Shown: in pieces, positions 45,277-55,500 of the stretch | Layout: each line of letters opens with the position of its first letter | Numbering within the stretch: the first letter of the stretch is position 1 | Source of the DNA: a virus | Lineage: Duplodnaviria > Caudoviricetes | Reading direction: 5' to 3' (one strand) | Virus record (IMG/VR): IMGVR_UViG_3300048928_000482 | Location: 798 to 64,797 of that record | DNA length: 64,000 nt | Program-made: the position numbers and the translations under genes | Notes under the pieces: model-generated | Databases searched by the model: none | What the model saw: only the letters and a program-made list of their open reading frames with translations | Told to the model about the DNA's origin: nothing

Positions 45277-46655
45277 CGGCGAGGTTGCTTCCCGGGCAGG
45301 TGGCGCTGCCGCTGGGGCACAGCCGCAGCGTGCCGCTGTGGGTCTCGCTGGAGCGGCCCGTGTACGTGCTGGGCGCGGCCCGGTCGGGCAAGGGCACGCT
45401 GATCGTGGTCCCGTTCATCCTGGCCGCCCCCGGTGCGGTGGTCACGACCAGCACCCGGACCGACAACCTGCGCCTGTCCGCGGCGTGCCGGGCGGCCCTG
45501 GGACCGGTCGAGGTGTTCAACCTCGACGGCGTCGGAGGGTTGCCGCACACCATGGACTGGTCCCCGCTGGAAGGCTGCCAGGACCCGGCCGTCGCCCAGC
45601 GTCGCGCCCGCACGCTGGTGGCCGCGACCGGGATGTCCGGGGAGAACGCCCCGTGGGCGACCACCAGCGGGGGGATCGTGCAGGCGCTGCTGCACGCCGC
45701 GGCGCTCGAGGGCCGCACGATCGCGGACGTCTACACCTGGTCGAGGTCCCCGGCCCGCGCGGACGAGGCGATGCGGATCCTGGAGACCCGGGGGCTGGGT
45801 GACGCCTGGCACCTGACGATCGCGCAGGTCCGGGAGGAGGACGCCCGGATGCGCGCGAACAAGTGGTTCGGCGTCGACAACGCGTTCGCCGGCCTGGCGG
45901 TCAAGGCGGTGCGTGAGCGGCTCGTCCCGCGCCGCGGGCCCGCCTCGTTCAGCACCGAGGAGTTCTTGGCGGGTGCCGGCACCTGCTACATGATCGCCCG
46001 CGGCGCGAACGTCACCGAGGGCTCCACGACCGCGGGGACCGTGGGCGGGTTCTACTCGCTGTTCCTGGACCACGTCACCGACACCGCCCGCCGGCTGTCC
46101 CAGGGCGCGGTCGGCGGGCGCCTGGACCCGCCGCTGACGATCGTGGCCGACGAGCTCGCGCACATCGACCCGTGGCCCGCGGCACCGCGCATGTCGGCGG
46201 CCGGCGGGGGAGAGGGCATCCAGCTCGTGACCGTGTTCCAGTCCCGCGATCAGGCTGCCGCCGCGTACGGCGAGCACGCCGAGGCGACGATGTGGGACAA
46301 CTCCACGAACGTGATCCTCGGTGGCGGGAAGTCCGAGGACTACCTCGGGGCGATCTCGCGCACCCTCGGGGAGGTCGAGCACACCCGCACCCGGTCCTCG
46401 TTCAGCACCCGCGACATCTGGTCCAGGGACACCTCCGTGGACTCCGAGTGGCGGCCGGCGATCACCGTCGACGAGCTGCGACGCCTACCCGTGGGGACCG
46501 CGCTGGTCGTGCAGGACCGCATCCGCCCGGTCCTGGCCGACCTGGTCCCGTACTGGGACGGCCCGCACGGTGCGTGCTGCGCCGCGTCGGTGGCCTGGCA
46601 CGAGTCGAACCCCGGTCACGTCCTGACCTCACGCCCGGTCCCGGCGGCGGCATGA
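45273..46655 (+). CDS. VirD4/TraG coupling-protein ATPase domain
   Basis: GAARSGKG Walker A, APGAVVTTSTRTD, WSPLEGC, VADELAHI Walker B, GGGEGI..VFQS. Confidence 0.88.
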   Translation: MTARLLPGQVALPLGHSRSVPLWVSLERPVYVLGAARSGKGTLIVVPFILAAPGAVVTTSTRTDNLRLSAACRAALGPVEVFNLDGVGGLPHTMDWSPLEGCQDPAVAQRRARTLVAATGMSGENAPWATTSGGIVQALLHAAALEGRTIADVYTWSRSPARADEAMRILETRGLGDAWHLTIAQVREEDARMRANKWFGVDNAFAGLAVKAVRERLVPRRGPASFSTEEFLAGAGTCYMIARGANVTEGSTTAGTVGGFYSLFLDHVTDTARRLSQGAVGGRLDPPLTIVADELAHIDPWPAAPRMSAAGGGEGIQLVTVFQSRDQAAAAYGEHAEATMWDNSTNVILGGGKSEDYLGAISRTLGEVEHTRTRSSFSTRDIWSRDTSVDSEWRPAITVDELRRLPVGTALVVQDRIRPVLADLVPYWDGPHGACCAASVAWHESNPGHVLTSRPVPAAA

Positions 46656-47260
46656 GCAGCGAACCCGACGCGCCCGGCGACGATATCGACGAGCTCCTGG
46701 CCGCAGGACCCGCGCAGGGCGAGGGTGCAGCACGTGGCCGCGGGGGCAAGGACGCGCTCCAGCGACGCCTCGCGGTGCTGGACGACTTCTGGGGGCACGC
46801 CGACCCCGGGGTGTTCGCCTGGGCCGACGCGCCGCCCGCGACCCGGTATGCGGCACTGGTGCGCACCCAGCGGTTCGTCGAGTGGCTGATCGCGACCTTC
46901 GACGTCCGCGAGATCAAGCCCTGCTGGACCTTGCACCCCGCGGTCGTGGCCGAGCTGTGGGCCCTGGAACGCCTGCACCACGCCACCCATACCCTGGCCG
47001 CCGACGACCCGGGCGCGCCCGTCGTCTTCTACAACCAGGTCCCCACCACGCGTGCCCGGCTGCGGACCGACACCGGCATGGACTCCTGCACCGCGATCGA
47101 GCACACCGTCACCGTCCGCGAGCTGCCCGACCGGGTCGCCGCTCGGCGCGCGACCTACGAGACGACCGAACGCTGGACCGCGGTGTGGGCGTGGCCGGAC
47201 GTCGACGACGCCGGCGAGAGCGTCACACCACCCGTGCATGCACGAAGGACACTCCGATGA
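46652..47260 (+). CDS. DUF4913-like ICE protein
   Basis: FVEWL...PCWTLHPAVVAELWAL motif, downstream of the coupling protein. Confidence 0.7.
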   Translation: MSSEPDAPGDDIDELLAAGPAQGEGAARGRGGKDALQRRLAVLDDFWGHADPGVFAWADAPPATRYAALVRTQRFVEWLIATFDVREIKPCWTLHPAVVAELWALERLHHATHTLAADDPGAPVVFYNQVPTTRARLRTDTGMDSCTAIEHTVTVRELPDRVAARRATYETTERWTAVWAWPDVDDAGESVTPPVHARRTLR

Positions 47261-48507
47261 TCCCAGACGCCCCAATGCCGCGGGGCGCCGACGACCGGCA
47301 CGAGCCCAAGGCCGACGAGGTCGAAGGCCTGGCGGCGCAGCTCGCTGCCGGCCGTTCCGCGCTGACAGCCGCTCGCGACCAAGGCAAGCCCGCGAAGCGA
47401 CGTCCGCTGCGCCGCACGCGACCGTCCCCGTCGAACGTTGCGGTCGTCGTCGAGTCGGACGTCGGCGGTGCCGGCCGCGCGGGTGAGGAACCCTCAGACG
47501 CGCCGGCGCGGGCAGTGGCGCCACCCGATCCGGCTGCGACCCCGCCGCATCGCACGTCGTTCCATGATGCGATCCAGCAGGGCGTGGTCGACGACGAGGG
47601 GCGAGCGAGCGACCTCGACCACTGGCGCGACCCGGAGATCGCGTGTCCGGCACACCCCCAGGATGCTGATGCCGACGAGGTCTTGGCACTCGTGGCGAGT
47701 CTCGTCGCTCGTGCTCGAGTCGGGGAGGTCGCCGCCGAACGGGCCCGACTCGCCGAAGCCGAGGCGGAGCAAGCACGTGCCCGGCTCGCGGAACTGACTT
47801 CGACCATCGCTGCGATGACCAGCGCCACCGCCACCTCTCCCACCGTCCCAGGCGAGGACATCGAGGAGGCGACGCCCCCCACCGCCAGGCCGATCACTCA
47901 CCGACGTGCCGTCGCAATCCGCACCGCAGCGACGGTGGCCGGCATCACGGGAGCGCTTTTCCTCGCCTGGCCGAGCGGCACGAGCCCGAGGACCGGCACT
48001 GCCGTCCAGCCGACCGCGGCCCCGTCGAGGACCTCGGCAATTCCGACCGTCACGACCGAGCCCGAGCCGAGCGCCGAGTCAGATCAAGCACACGAGCGCG
48101 AACCCGAGCTGCTGGGAGAGAACGCGGCGCCACCCGATACGGCCTCACCACAGACAGGCCCGCGCGAGAGCACGCAGTTACCGGGACGTGAAGGTGCCGT
48201 GCAAGAGGGCGCGTCGGAGGACACCCGCACGGCGGCCGTTGCTGGACCGGTACCGGCGCCCGAACCGGTCGCGGTTCGCGTCACCGTCCAGCAGAGCGTG
48301 ACCTGTACAGCCGCCGCGACGGTCACATTCACCGCCACCGGAGGAGGCCAGGTCGACCTCTCGGCCGCGGGGGAACGTGCAAGCGGCGCGGGGGCGGCGT
48401 CCCTGACCCTGGACGTCGACGCCAGCACCACCTCCGCGACAGCAACCGCTGACGACTCGGCCCAGATCCTCTACACCTGGACCGCCCCAGGGGGCTCGTG
48501 CAGCTGA
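47257..48507 (+). CDS. Bitopic protein: coiled coil, TM, PT linker, small beta domain
   Basis: ATGA overlap, GAAGGA RBS. Confidence 0.6.
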   Translation: MIPDAPMPRGADDRHEPKADEVEGLAAQLAAGRSALTAARDQGKPAKRRPLRRTRPSPSNVAVVVESDVGGAGRAGEEPSDAPARAVAPPDPAATPPHRTSFHDAIQQGVVDDEGRASDLDHWRDPEIACPAHPQDADADEVLALVASLVARARVGEVAAERARLAEAEAEQARARLAELTSTIAAMTSATATSPTVPGEDIEEATPPTARPITHRRAVAIRTAATVAGITGALFLAWPSGTSPRTGTAVQPTAAPSRTSAIPTVTTEPEPSAESDQAHEREPELLGENAAPPDTASPQTGPRESTQLPGREGAVQEGASEDTRTAAVAGPVPAPEPVAVRVTVQQSVTCTAAATVTFTATGGGQVDLSAAGERASGAGAASLTLDVDASTTSATATADDSAQILYTWTAPGGSCS

Positions 48508-48692
48508 TCCGTCCCATGAGCCGTCAGAGGCCTGAGCGCTCATCGCGGCACGGCGTGGCCGATGGGCTGTGGCACGGCAGCGCACAGCGTGCAGCGAGCA
48601 TCTGACTCGGAGTCGTCGACCTCGCGCAGAGCATTCGCGATGCGCGCGGATCGCTCGGGAGGACCTGTGACTCGAGGCTACGGACGGGAGTA

Positions 48693-49229
48693 CTACCGGT
48701 CGATCTCGATGAACTCTGCCGGGACGCGGTCGGCTAACCAGACCTTCTCGTTCCCGACGTAGAACGCCACGGCGGCCTCGGCTGCCGCACGGGCGGCGAC
48801 GACCACGATTGCCGGCTCTGACGCCTTGCGTGCGCCCACCGCTTCCGCCGCAGCGCGATTGACCGATAGGTGCACGAACTGCCGACCCATCGCCCGGAGC
48901 CCATCGACCCGGATCATCTCGGCAGCGGTCGGTGAAGTCCCGTGGAACAGCTCAGCCGGCGGGGTCGCGGGCACCCGCTCGATCCGGCCGGGCAGCGAGT
49001 GCCCGTAGAGCGCGCGGATGCGCCCATCCCGGATCTCGTGACGCTGCTTGCTCGCGCCGGCCACCATCGCCTCGATGTCGGCGACCGTCAACGACGACCA
49101 GTCACGCTCGCACCGCAATGCGTCGACCAGCGACTGCAGCGACACCCAACCTGCCTCGTCGAGCTCCAGCTCGTAGAGCCACGGCTCGTGACGAAGCGCG
49201 TGAGACACCGCTCGACTCAGTTCAGTCAA
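48693..49229 (-). CDS. kptA: RNA 2'-phosphotransferase (Tpt1/KptA)
   Basis: LSRAVSHALRH, KQR, RIRALYGHS, LFHGT, GL..MGRQFVHLS, VWLADRVP; catalytic R-H-R-R tetrad present. Confidence 0.93.
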   Translation of the reverse strand: MTELSRAVSHALRHEPWLYELELDEAGWVSLQSLVDALRCERDWSSLTVADIEAMVAGASKQRHEIRDGRIRALYGHSLPGRIERVPATPPAELFHGTSPTAAEMIRVDGLRAMGRQFVHLSVNRAAAEAVGARKASEPAIVVVAARAAAEAAVAFYVGNEKVWLADRVPAEFIEIDR

Positions 49230-49575
49230 AGTCGATCAGGTCCTCAACAGCCTGGCGCAACCAGGCATAGAAGTCGGGATACTCATCGCGGTTCTCCCAG
49301 CCAGGAGCGGCGAAGTCGTGGATGACGACGACTCGATCCCCGCCGTGAACCAGGTCCCAGCAGGCGACATCGTCGTTGTCCTGGCGCGACGCAAAGGGGA
49401 CCAGTTCGCGAGCCGGGAACCGCTCGGACAAGCCGTCCTTTCGCTCGCGCAGCGCTGCACCCTCCAAGACGTGCCATGGCTCGAGGTGTGTCAGCCCCAG
49501 CTCGACGACCCTCACGAACGACGGCGGGTACCAAAAGCCGCGAGGCAGATCCTCCACCGGCAGAAGATCAGCCAC
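49222..49575 (-). CDS. Immunity protein (SUKH/SMI1-KNR4-like)
   Basis: GTG overlapping the Rhs stop; LVPFASRQDNDDVACWD...VVVIHDF...FYAWL. Confidence 0.8.
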   Translation of the reverse strand: MADLLPVEDLPRGFWYPPSFVRVVELGLTHLEPWHVLEGAALRERKDGLSERFPARELVPFASRQDNDDVACWDLVHGGDRVVVIHDFAAPGWENRDEYPDFYAWLRQAVEDLIDFD

Positions 49576-52500
49576 TAGTTGCCGCTCCATCCCGTGAGCC
49601 ACGAACCGAAGGGGTTCGCCGTGCGGTAGCCCCTGTTCTGGTTGCCGATCCTGTTTATCACAGCGTCGCCCCAGGTCGAAGGAACGCCGCCCTTCGTCGT
49701 TGCGAACCTCTCGGCCGCCGAGGAGGGAAGCGTGTCGTCGAAACCTCGGATGCTCGCTCGGACATCGATCCCCGCGCGGTTAGCCGCGAGCAGCCTGGTG
49801 TTGTCCAACGAGGTCAAGCCGCCATCGGGCATCCGGACGACATCGATCGCATCACCCATCCAGCCGTTGGCGCGCATGCTCGCCTCGATCGCGTCCGCAC
49901 CGTTCACCGAGCTCTGGCTGAACCGCACAGTCGACGCGGGAATGCTGTTCGCCGCGCCCCTCATGTGGTTGAGGGTGGCGATTCTGCTGGTGAGCGCTCC
50001 GCCGAGGGTTCCGGTCGCGCATCCGGCGAGTGCTGATCCGCCGACTCCGCCCCATCCCCAGTTGACTTTACGTCCGGACAGCCTCTGTGTCACATAGCTG
50101 ATCGCACCTTCGGAGAGTCCTCCGACGAGGCATCCGGCGATGAGGGGGTTGTTGCCGCTGGGGTCGGTGTAGTTGGTGGGTGCGCCGGCGGCGTACTGGT
50201 AGAGGTTGGTGCCGCCGCCGATTCCGATGGGGTCGCGGGAGATGAACCGGCCCAGCGTGGGGTCGTAGTACCGGGCCCGGTAGTACATCAGCCCGGTGCC
50301 GTCGTCCTCGCGGCCGGTGAAGCCGATCGAGTCGCCGCCGGTCGTGCCGGTCTGGGTCCGGACGCCGTAGGGGTCGTAGGTGTACTGGGTGCTCAGCTGT
50401 CCGTCGGCGCCGCCGATCGCCAGGGGAGAGCCGAGGGCGTCGGTCAGGTAGGTCGTCGTGGTGGTGCCGGTCGTGCGGGAGAACCACTCGTCGGTCCCGC
50501 CGGACAGGAGCGTGGCGCTCGGGTTCGAGCCCTCGGTCTCCTTGGTGACGTTCAGGCCGAGGGAGAACAGTTCGGTGGTCACGGAGTCGACGGTCTTGGT
50601 GCTGCGGCGCCCGAAGCCGTCGTAGTCGAAGTCGGCCGTCGTGGCGGCGGTACCGGTGATGGTTTCCAGCTCGCCGCGTGCGTTCCAGGTCAGGGTGCTG
50701 GTCTGGGCGGCGCGGGTCTGCTCGACGAGGAACCCGTCCGGGTCGTAGCTGAACACATCGGGCCCGGCGGCGGTGAGCTGGTTCGCCTGGTCGTAGCTGC
50801 TCGAGGCTCGTGCTTGGGGAAGGTCGATGTTCGCGAAGCTGCCGCCCACGCTGGTGCGGTGGCCCGCGGCGTCGTAGGTGTAGGTCAGGTCGCCGGCGCT
50901 CACGCCGCCGTGCGTGTAGCTGATCGCGGTCGTCTGGCCGGTGGCGTCCAGCGAGTAGCTCTGCTGCCATCCTCCGGGTAGGGAGGTGGAGGTCCGGCGT
51001 CCGGCGGGGTCGTACCCGTGCGTGACGACCGCTGCTCCCTGGGTGATGGTGATCGGGAGGCTGGTGTCGTCGTAGGTGTACTGCGTGGGTGTCCCGGCGT
51101 CGAGGGTCGTGCTCGTGACCCGTCCGAGGGTGTCGTAGGTGTACTCGATCTCACCGTCGGGCTGCGTGGCGGTCTGCACATGGTCGTAGGTGTCGTACGT
51201 GAAGGTGCTGACGCCGCTGGCCGAGTCGGTGATCTTCGACACCAGGCCGTTACCCGCGTACTCGTAGCTGATGTTCGAGCTCGTCGCCTGGGGTGTGGTG
51301 AACGCGACCTGCACGACCCGGCCGAGCAGGTCGTAGGTGGTGGTGGTCGCCCTCCCGGCCGGTGTGTCCTGCTGGACCGGTCGTCCTGCGGTGTCGTACG
51401 CACCGGTCGTGGTGTTGCCCAGGGGGTCGGTGCTGGAGACCGCCTGGTCGTTGTCGTCGTAGGACCACGTGGTGAGGTTGCCTCGACCGTCCTCGAGGGT
51501 GAGCAGGTTGCCGTTCTCGTCGTAGCTGAACGTGGTCGGCGTCCCGTTGCCGTCGGTGGAAGCGAGGATCTGGTTGAGGGCGTCGTAGCTGACCGACGTC
51601 GTGACCCCGAGCGGGTTGGTGGTGGACACGACTCGGCCGGCGGCGTCGACGAACTGGTGGGTGCTCGCTCCGGTGCCGTCGTGCGCCTCGACGAGATCGC
51701 CGGCGACGTACGTGGCGGTGGTGACCAGCCCGGAGGGGTCGGTCGTGGTCAGGATCTGACCGGCCTGGTTGTGGGTGTAGGTCCAGGTGCGGTTCTCCGC
51801 GTCGGTGACCGTGGTGAGGCGGCCAGCGGTGTCGTACCCGTACGTGGTGGTGTTCCCGGCCGCGTCGGTGATCGTGGTGGGCAGGTCGAACGCCCCGTAG
51901 GTCACCGTTCTGGCCGAGCGCGCCTCGGGGGTGCCGGCGAGCTCGACGATGTTGGTGGGCCGGCCCTGGGTGTCCCGGGTGATCTCCGTTCGCCGTCCCA
52001 GCGGGTCGACCACGGCCGTGATCTCGTCGCTGGCACCGCGCTCGTAGGTCACCGTGCGGGCAAGCCCCGTGCCGGAGGCTCGGATCTCCTTGGTCACGGC
52101 GCCGGTGGTGGAGAACTCGTAGCGGTGGACCGCCCCGGCCCCGTCGGTGACCTCGGTGGCCGTGATCCGACCGTCGGTGCCGGTGGTGTAGTCGAAGTCG
52201 AAGGTGATGCCCTCGGGCAGCTCCTGGTGGGCGACGCGGCCGTTGGTGTCGTAGGTGTTGGTGAGGTACTCGATGCCGCGTGCGTCCGTGGCGGTCAGGA
52301 TGCGGCCGTCTTGGTCGTAGGTGTAGGAGGACACCTCTCCGGCGGGGTCGGTCACGCTGGACAGGCGACCCTGGGCGTCGTAGGCGTAGGAGACGGTCCG
52401 CCCGGCGTTGTCCGAGGCGCCTGTGACGCGGCCCTGGCTGTCGCTGGTCAACCGGATCCACCGCCCGCTCGGGGAGGTGATCTGGGTCAGTGCCCCTCTA

Positions 52501-55500
52501 TTACCTCCGGAGTAGGTCAGGTGGATCTCGTTGCCGGAACGGTCTCTGATCACCTGGAGGGGGCCGAACATCGGGAAGACGTACTCAGTACCGTCGCGCG
52601 TCTCGAGCGTCCATCCAGTCCCCTCGAACGCGACCGTCGATCCCTGGAACGGACCCGGCGTATCGACGGCTGTGAAGACCGACTGGTAGTACCCGGTGCC
52701 TGGAGAGGTGCGGGTGTAGTGGACGGTGGCGCCGCCGGGGAGGTAGAGGTCGACCTCTTGGTACTGGTTCTGGGAGTGCAGGAACATGCCGTAGGTCGAG
52801 GACCAACCCTGACCGAAGCTACGCTCGCGCCCGTCGCCCTGCCAGTACGAGCGGGTCAGCTCGATCGGCATGACGTCGTCCAGGGCCAGGTCGGTCTTGG
52901 TCTCGACCATGTGGCCGCTCGAGACCTCGACGGGGTCGCCGGAGAGCCAGTCGACGACGTCGCTCAGGCGTGTGGTGTCGAAGGGCAGCAGGTCCCTGGA
53001 GTTGAACATCGACCCGTGGAACGCCCACACGCGCGTGTCGTCGTCGGGCACGACCTGGGTGGCGTCGGCGCTGACCGAGCCGGAGCCGTAGACGTACCAG
53101 CCGCGGTCCTCGGGGTCGTAGTCCCAGAAGTCCACCTCGGTGCCCGGGGGCAGCTGGGTGTAGTTGGGGTAGATGACCTGGGCACCCTCGGGGAAGACGT
53201 AGCTGCCGCCGGGCTGCACCGTGAAGAACACCGGGACGATCTCGTTGTCCTCGGGCAGGGGGAACGGGGGTCGGTCGATCGGGACGGCGGTGATTCCCAG
53301 CTCGTCCACCACGTCGCCGTGCTCGTCACGCACGGTGGAACCTGCCGGCAGCCGCACCTCCAGCCCGGGGATGTCCGGGGTTCGCAGCACGACCTCGGAA
53401 GTCGTGGGGTAGGTGAGCTGGACGGTGTGGGTGGTGTCGAGCTGGGTCAGCCAGATCGTGTAGGGCAGCACCGTGGTGGTGGACTTCTCGATGTCCACCA
53501 GCACCTGGTGGACGGGGTACTGCGCGCCGGGTTCGTCGGCGGAGCGGCCGTCGACCTCGAGCGTGCTCGCCCCTGCTTCCAGGTCGCTGAGCAGGAACCG
53601 TCCTTGGTCGTCGGTGAGTGCCTGGTGGTCCTCGATGGTCACGGTGACCCCGGCGAGGGGTGCACCGGAGACCGTCAGCACGCGACCGGACAGCGCGGTA
53701 CGGCCATCGGGCGCGAGCAGGGGGTCGAACGACGGTGCGGGCTCGCCGCGGGTGTTCCAGTCCACGCCGGCGAGGTTGTCCTCGTCGGGGACCCAGGTCG
53801 GCTCGGAGGCGAGGGACGCGTCCCCGCCCTCGAGCGGCGCCGCGTTCGAGGTTGGTGCCGCGATGGTTCGGGAGACCGCCTGAGCGCTTCCCGCCGGTCC
53901 GGCGGGGGCGCTGGTGGTCCCGGGAACAGGTGTGATGGCCAGCGTGATCGATCCGGTGCGTGTCTGGGCGTCGATCTCGGCTCGATAGGTGCCGCTCTGG
54001 GTGAGCGCGGTCAGGTCGTAGGTCCCCGACGCCCCGCTGAGGAACCGCCGGTTGACGTGCACCGAGCCGTCGGGGCGGCGGACCGTGAGGTAGGCGCCGG
54101 CCAGGGTGCTCGCGGAGTAGGAGACGCGCAGCCTCTGACCGGTGTCTGCGGCGAACGAGCTGTGGACGTTCTGCCCCGCGCGGGCGATGCTCATCACGGT
54201 TCCCGCGCTGCCGAGGGGGCTGGCGGATGCTGCCGTCGACAAGGTGACCAGGGTGCTGCCCGTGACTGGCAGCTGGGGCGCGACCAGGAACGTGTAGGTC
54301 CCCGCCGTCAGATCGACGGCGTCCGCGTCGCCTGCGCCCTTGGAGGACACGACCGAAGAGGTGGTGTCGACGCTGCCGTCGGGGCGCAGCAGGGAGATGT
54401 CGCTGGTCGAGGCGATGGTGTTGGAGGTCACCGCCAGGCTCACGTGGGCACCGGCAGGGACCGTGACGGGCACGATGAGCTGCTCTCCCGGCAGGCTCGT
54501 GCTCACGGTGGATGCCGGTCCGTCGAGGACCACGGTGGATGCCTGCGAGGCCACAGCCCTGACGGAGGACGTGATCGGCGCAGCGGCCTGCGGGATGATC
54601 TCGAGGACGTAGGTGCCGGCCGAGGTCAGTCCCCTGGCGTGGATCGCGCGCTGGACGGTGGAGGCCGAGAGCAGGCGGTCGTCAGCGGCCGGCGTGCCGT
54701 CGGGGCCCAGGACGCGCGCGTTCGCCGAACCGCCGAGGGACATGCCCGTCAACGAGAACGTCGCTCCCTGTCCTGCGGGAAGCGGGGTCGAGACCCGCAG
54801 GACCTGACCGGGGCGGCTCGTGGCGCCCGGGATCGCCGCCTGTCCGGGGGTCACCGCGATGTCCACCGGCGCGGACAGGGTCAGTGTCATCGAGCCGGTC
54901 GCCGCGGAGCGGGGTGAGACCACGACGCTGTAGTCGCCCTGCTGCGCAAGGGCCGGCAGGCGCAGAACGGCATCGCGACCCGACGAGACCGTCGTCCGCG
55001 CGACCTCCGTCCCGTCGGGCGCGGTGACCACGAGGGTGGTGTTCGCCTGCACCGTGTTGCCAGAGACGGCCACGGTGAGGTCCTCACCGATCTGCCCGGG
55101 GTACACCAGGCGCGCCTCCTGGCCGGGCCGGGAGATCACCACCGGGGAGCCGGCGGCGGTCGTGCTCAGCGTCCCCCCGTCGACGGCCTCGGCCACGGTC
55201 AGGGTGACGGTGCCGGTCGCGTTCACACCCGGGTCGAGGACGAAGGTGTAGCGACCCGCAGTCGTGGCGTGGAACCGGTGGGCGTCCGCGGTGGTGGCCG
55301 CGATCGTGATGTTGTCCTGGAGCATGGCGCCGTTCGGGTCCAGGACCGTCAGCTTGCTCGCACCGCTCATCGCGATCTCGCTCCACCCGAGCGAGACCCA
55401 ACCGGGCTCGAGATCGGCGACGACACGCAGGTCCTGCCCGGGGCGGTCGAACACCGCCGGGAAGCTGTCCTGGTCGGTCGTGAGCTCCGCGAACAGCGGT

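Noticed and set aside
48508-48692. Possible orphan immunity or toxin fragment downstream of kptA
   Set aside because: Only a short open stretch with no clear start, RBS or family motif.
51018-54917. 1299-aa plus-strand ORF
   Set aside because: Antisense shadow of the Rhs gene.
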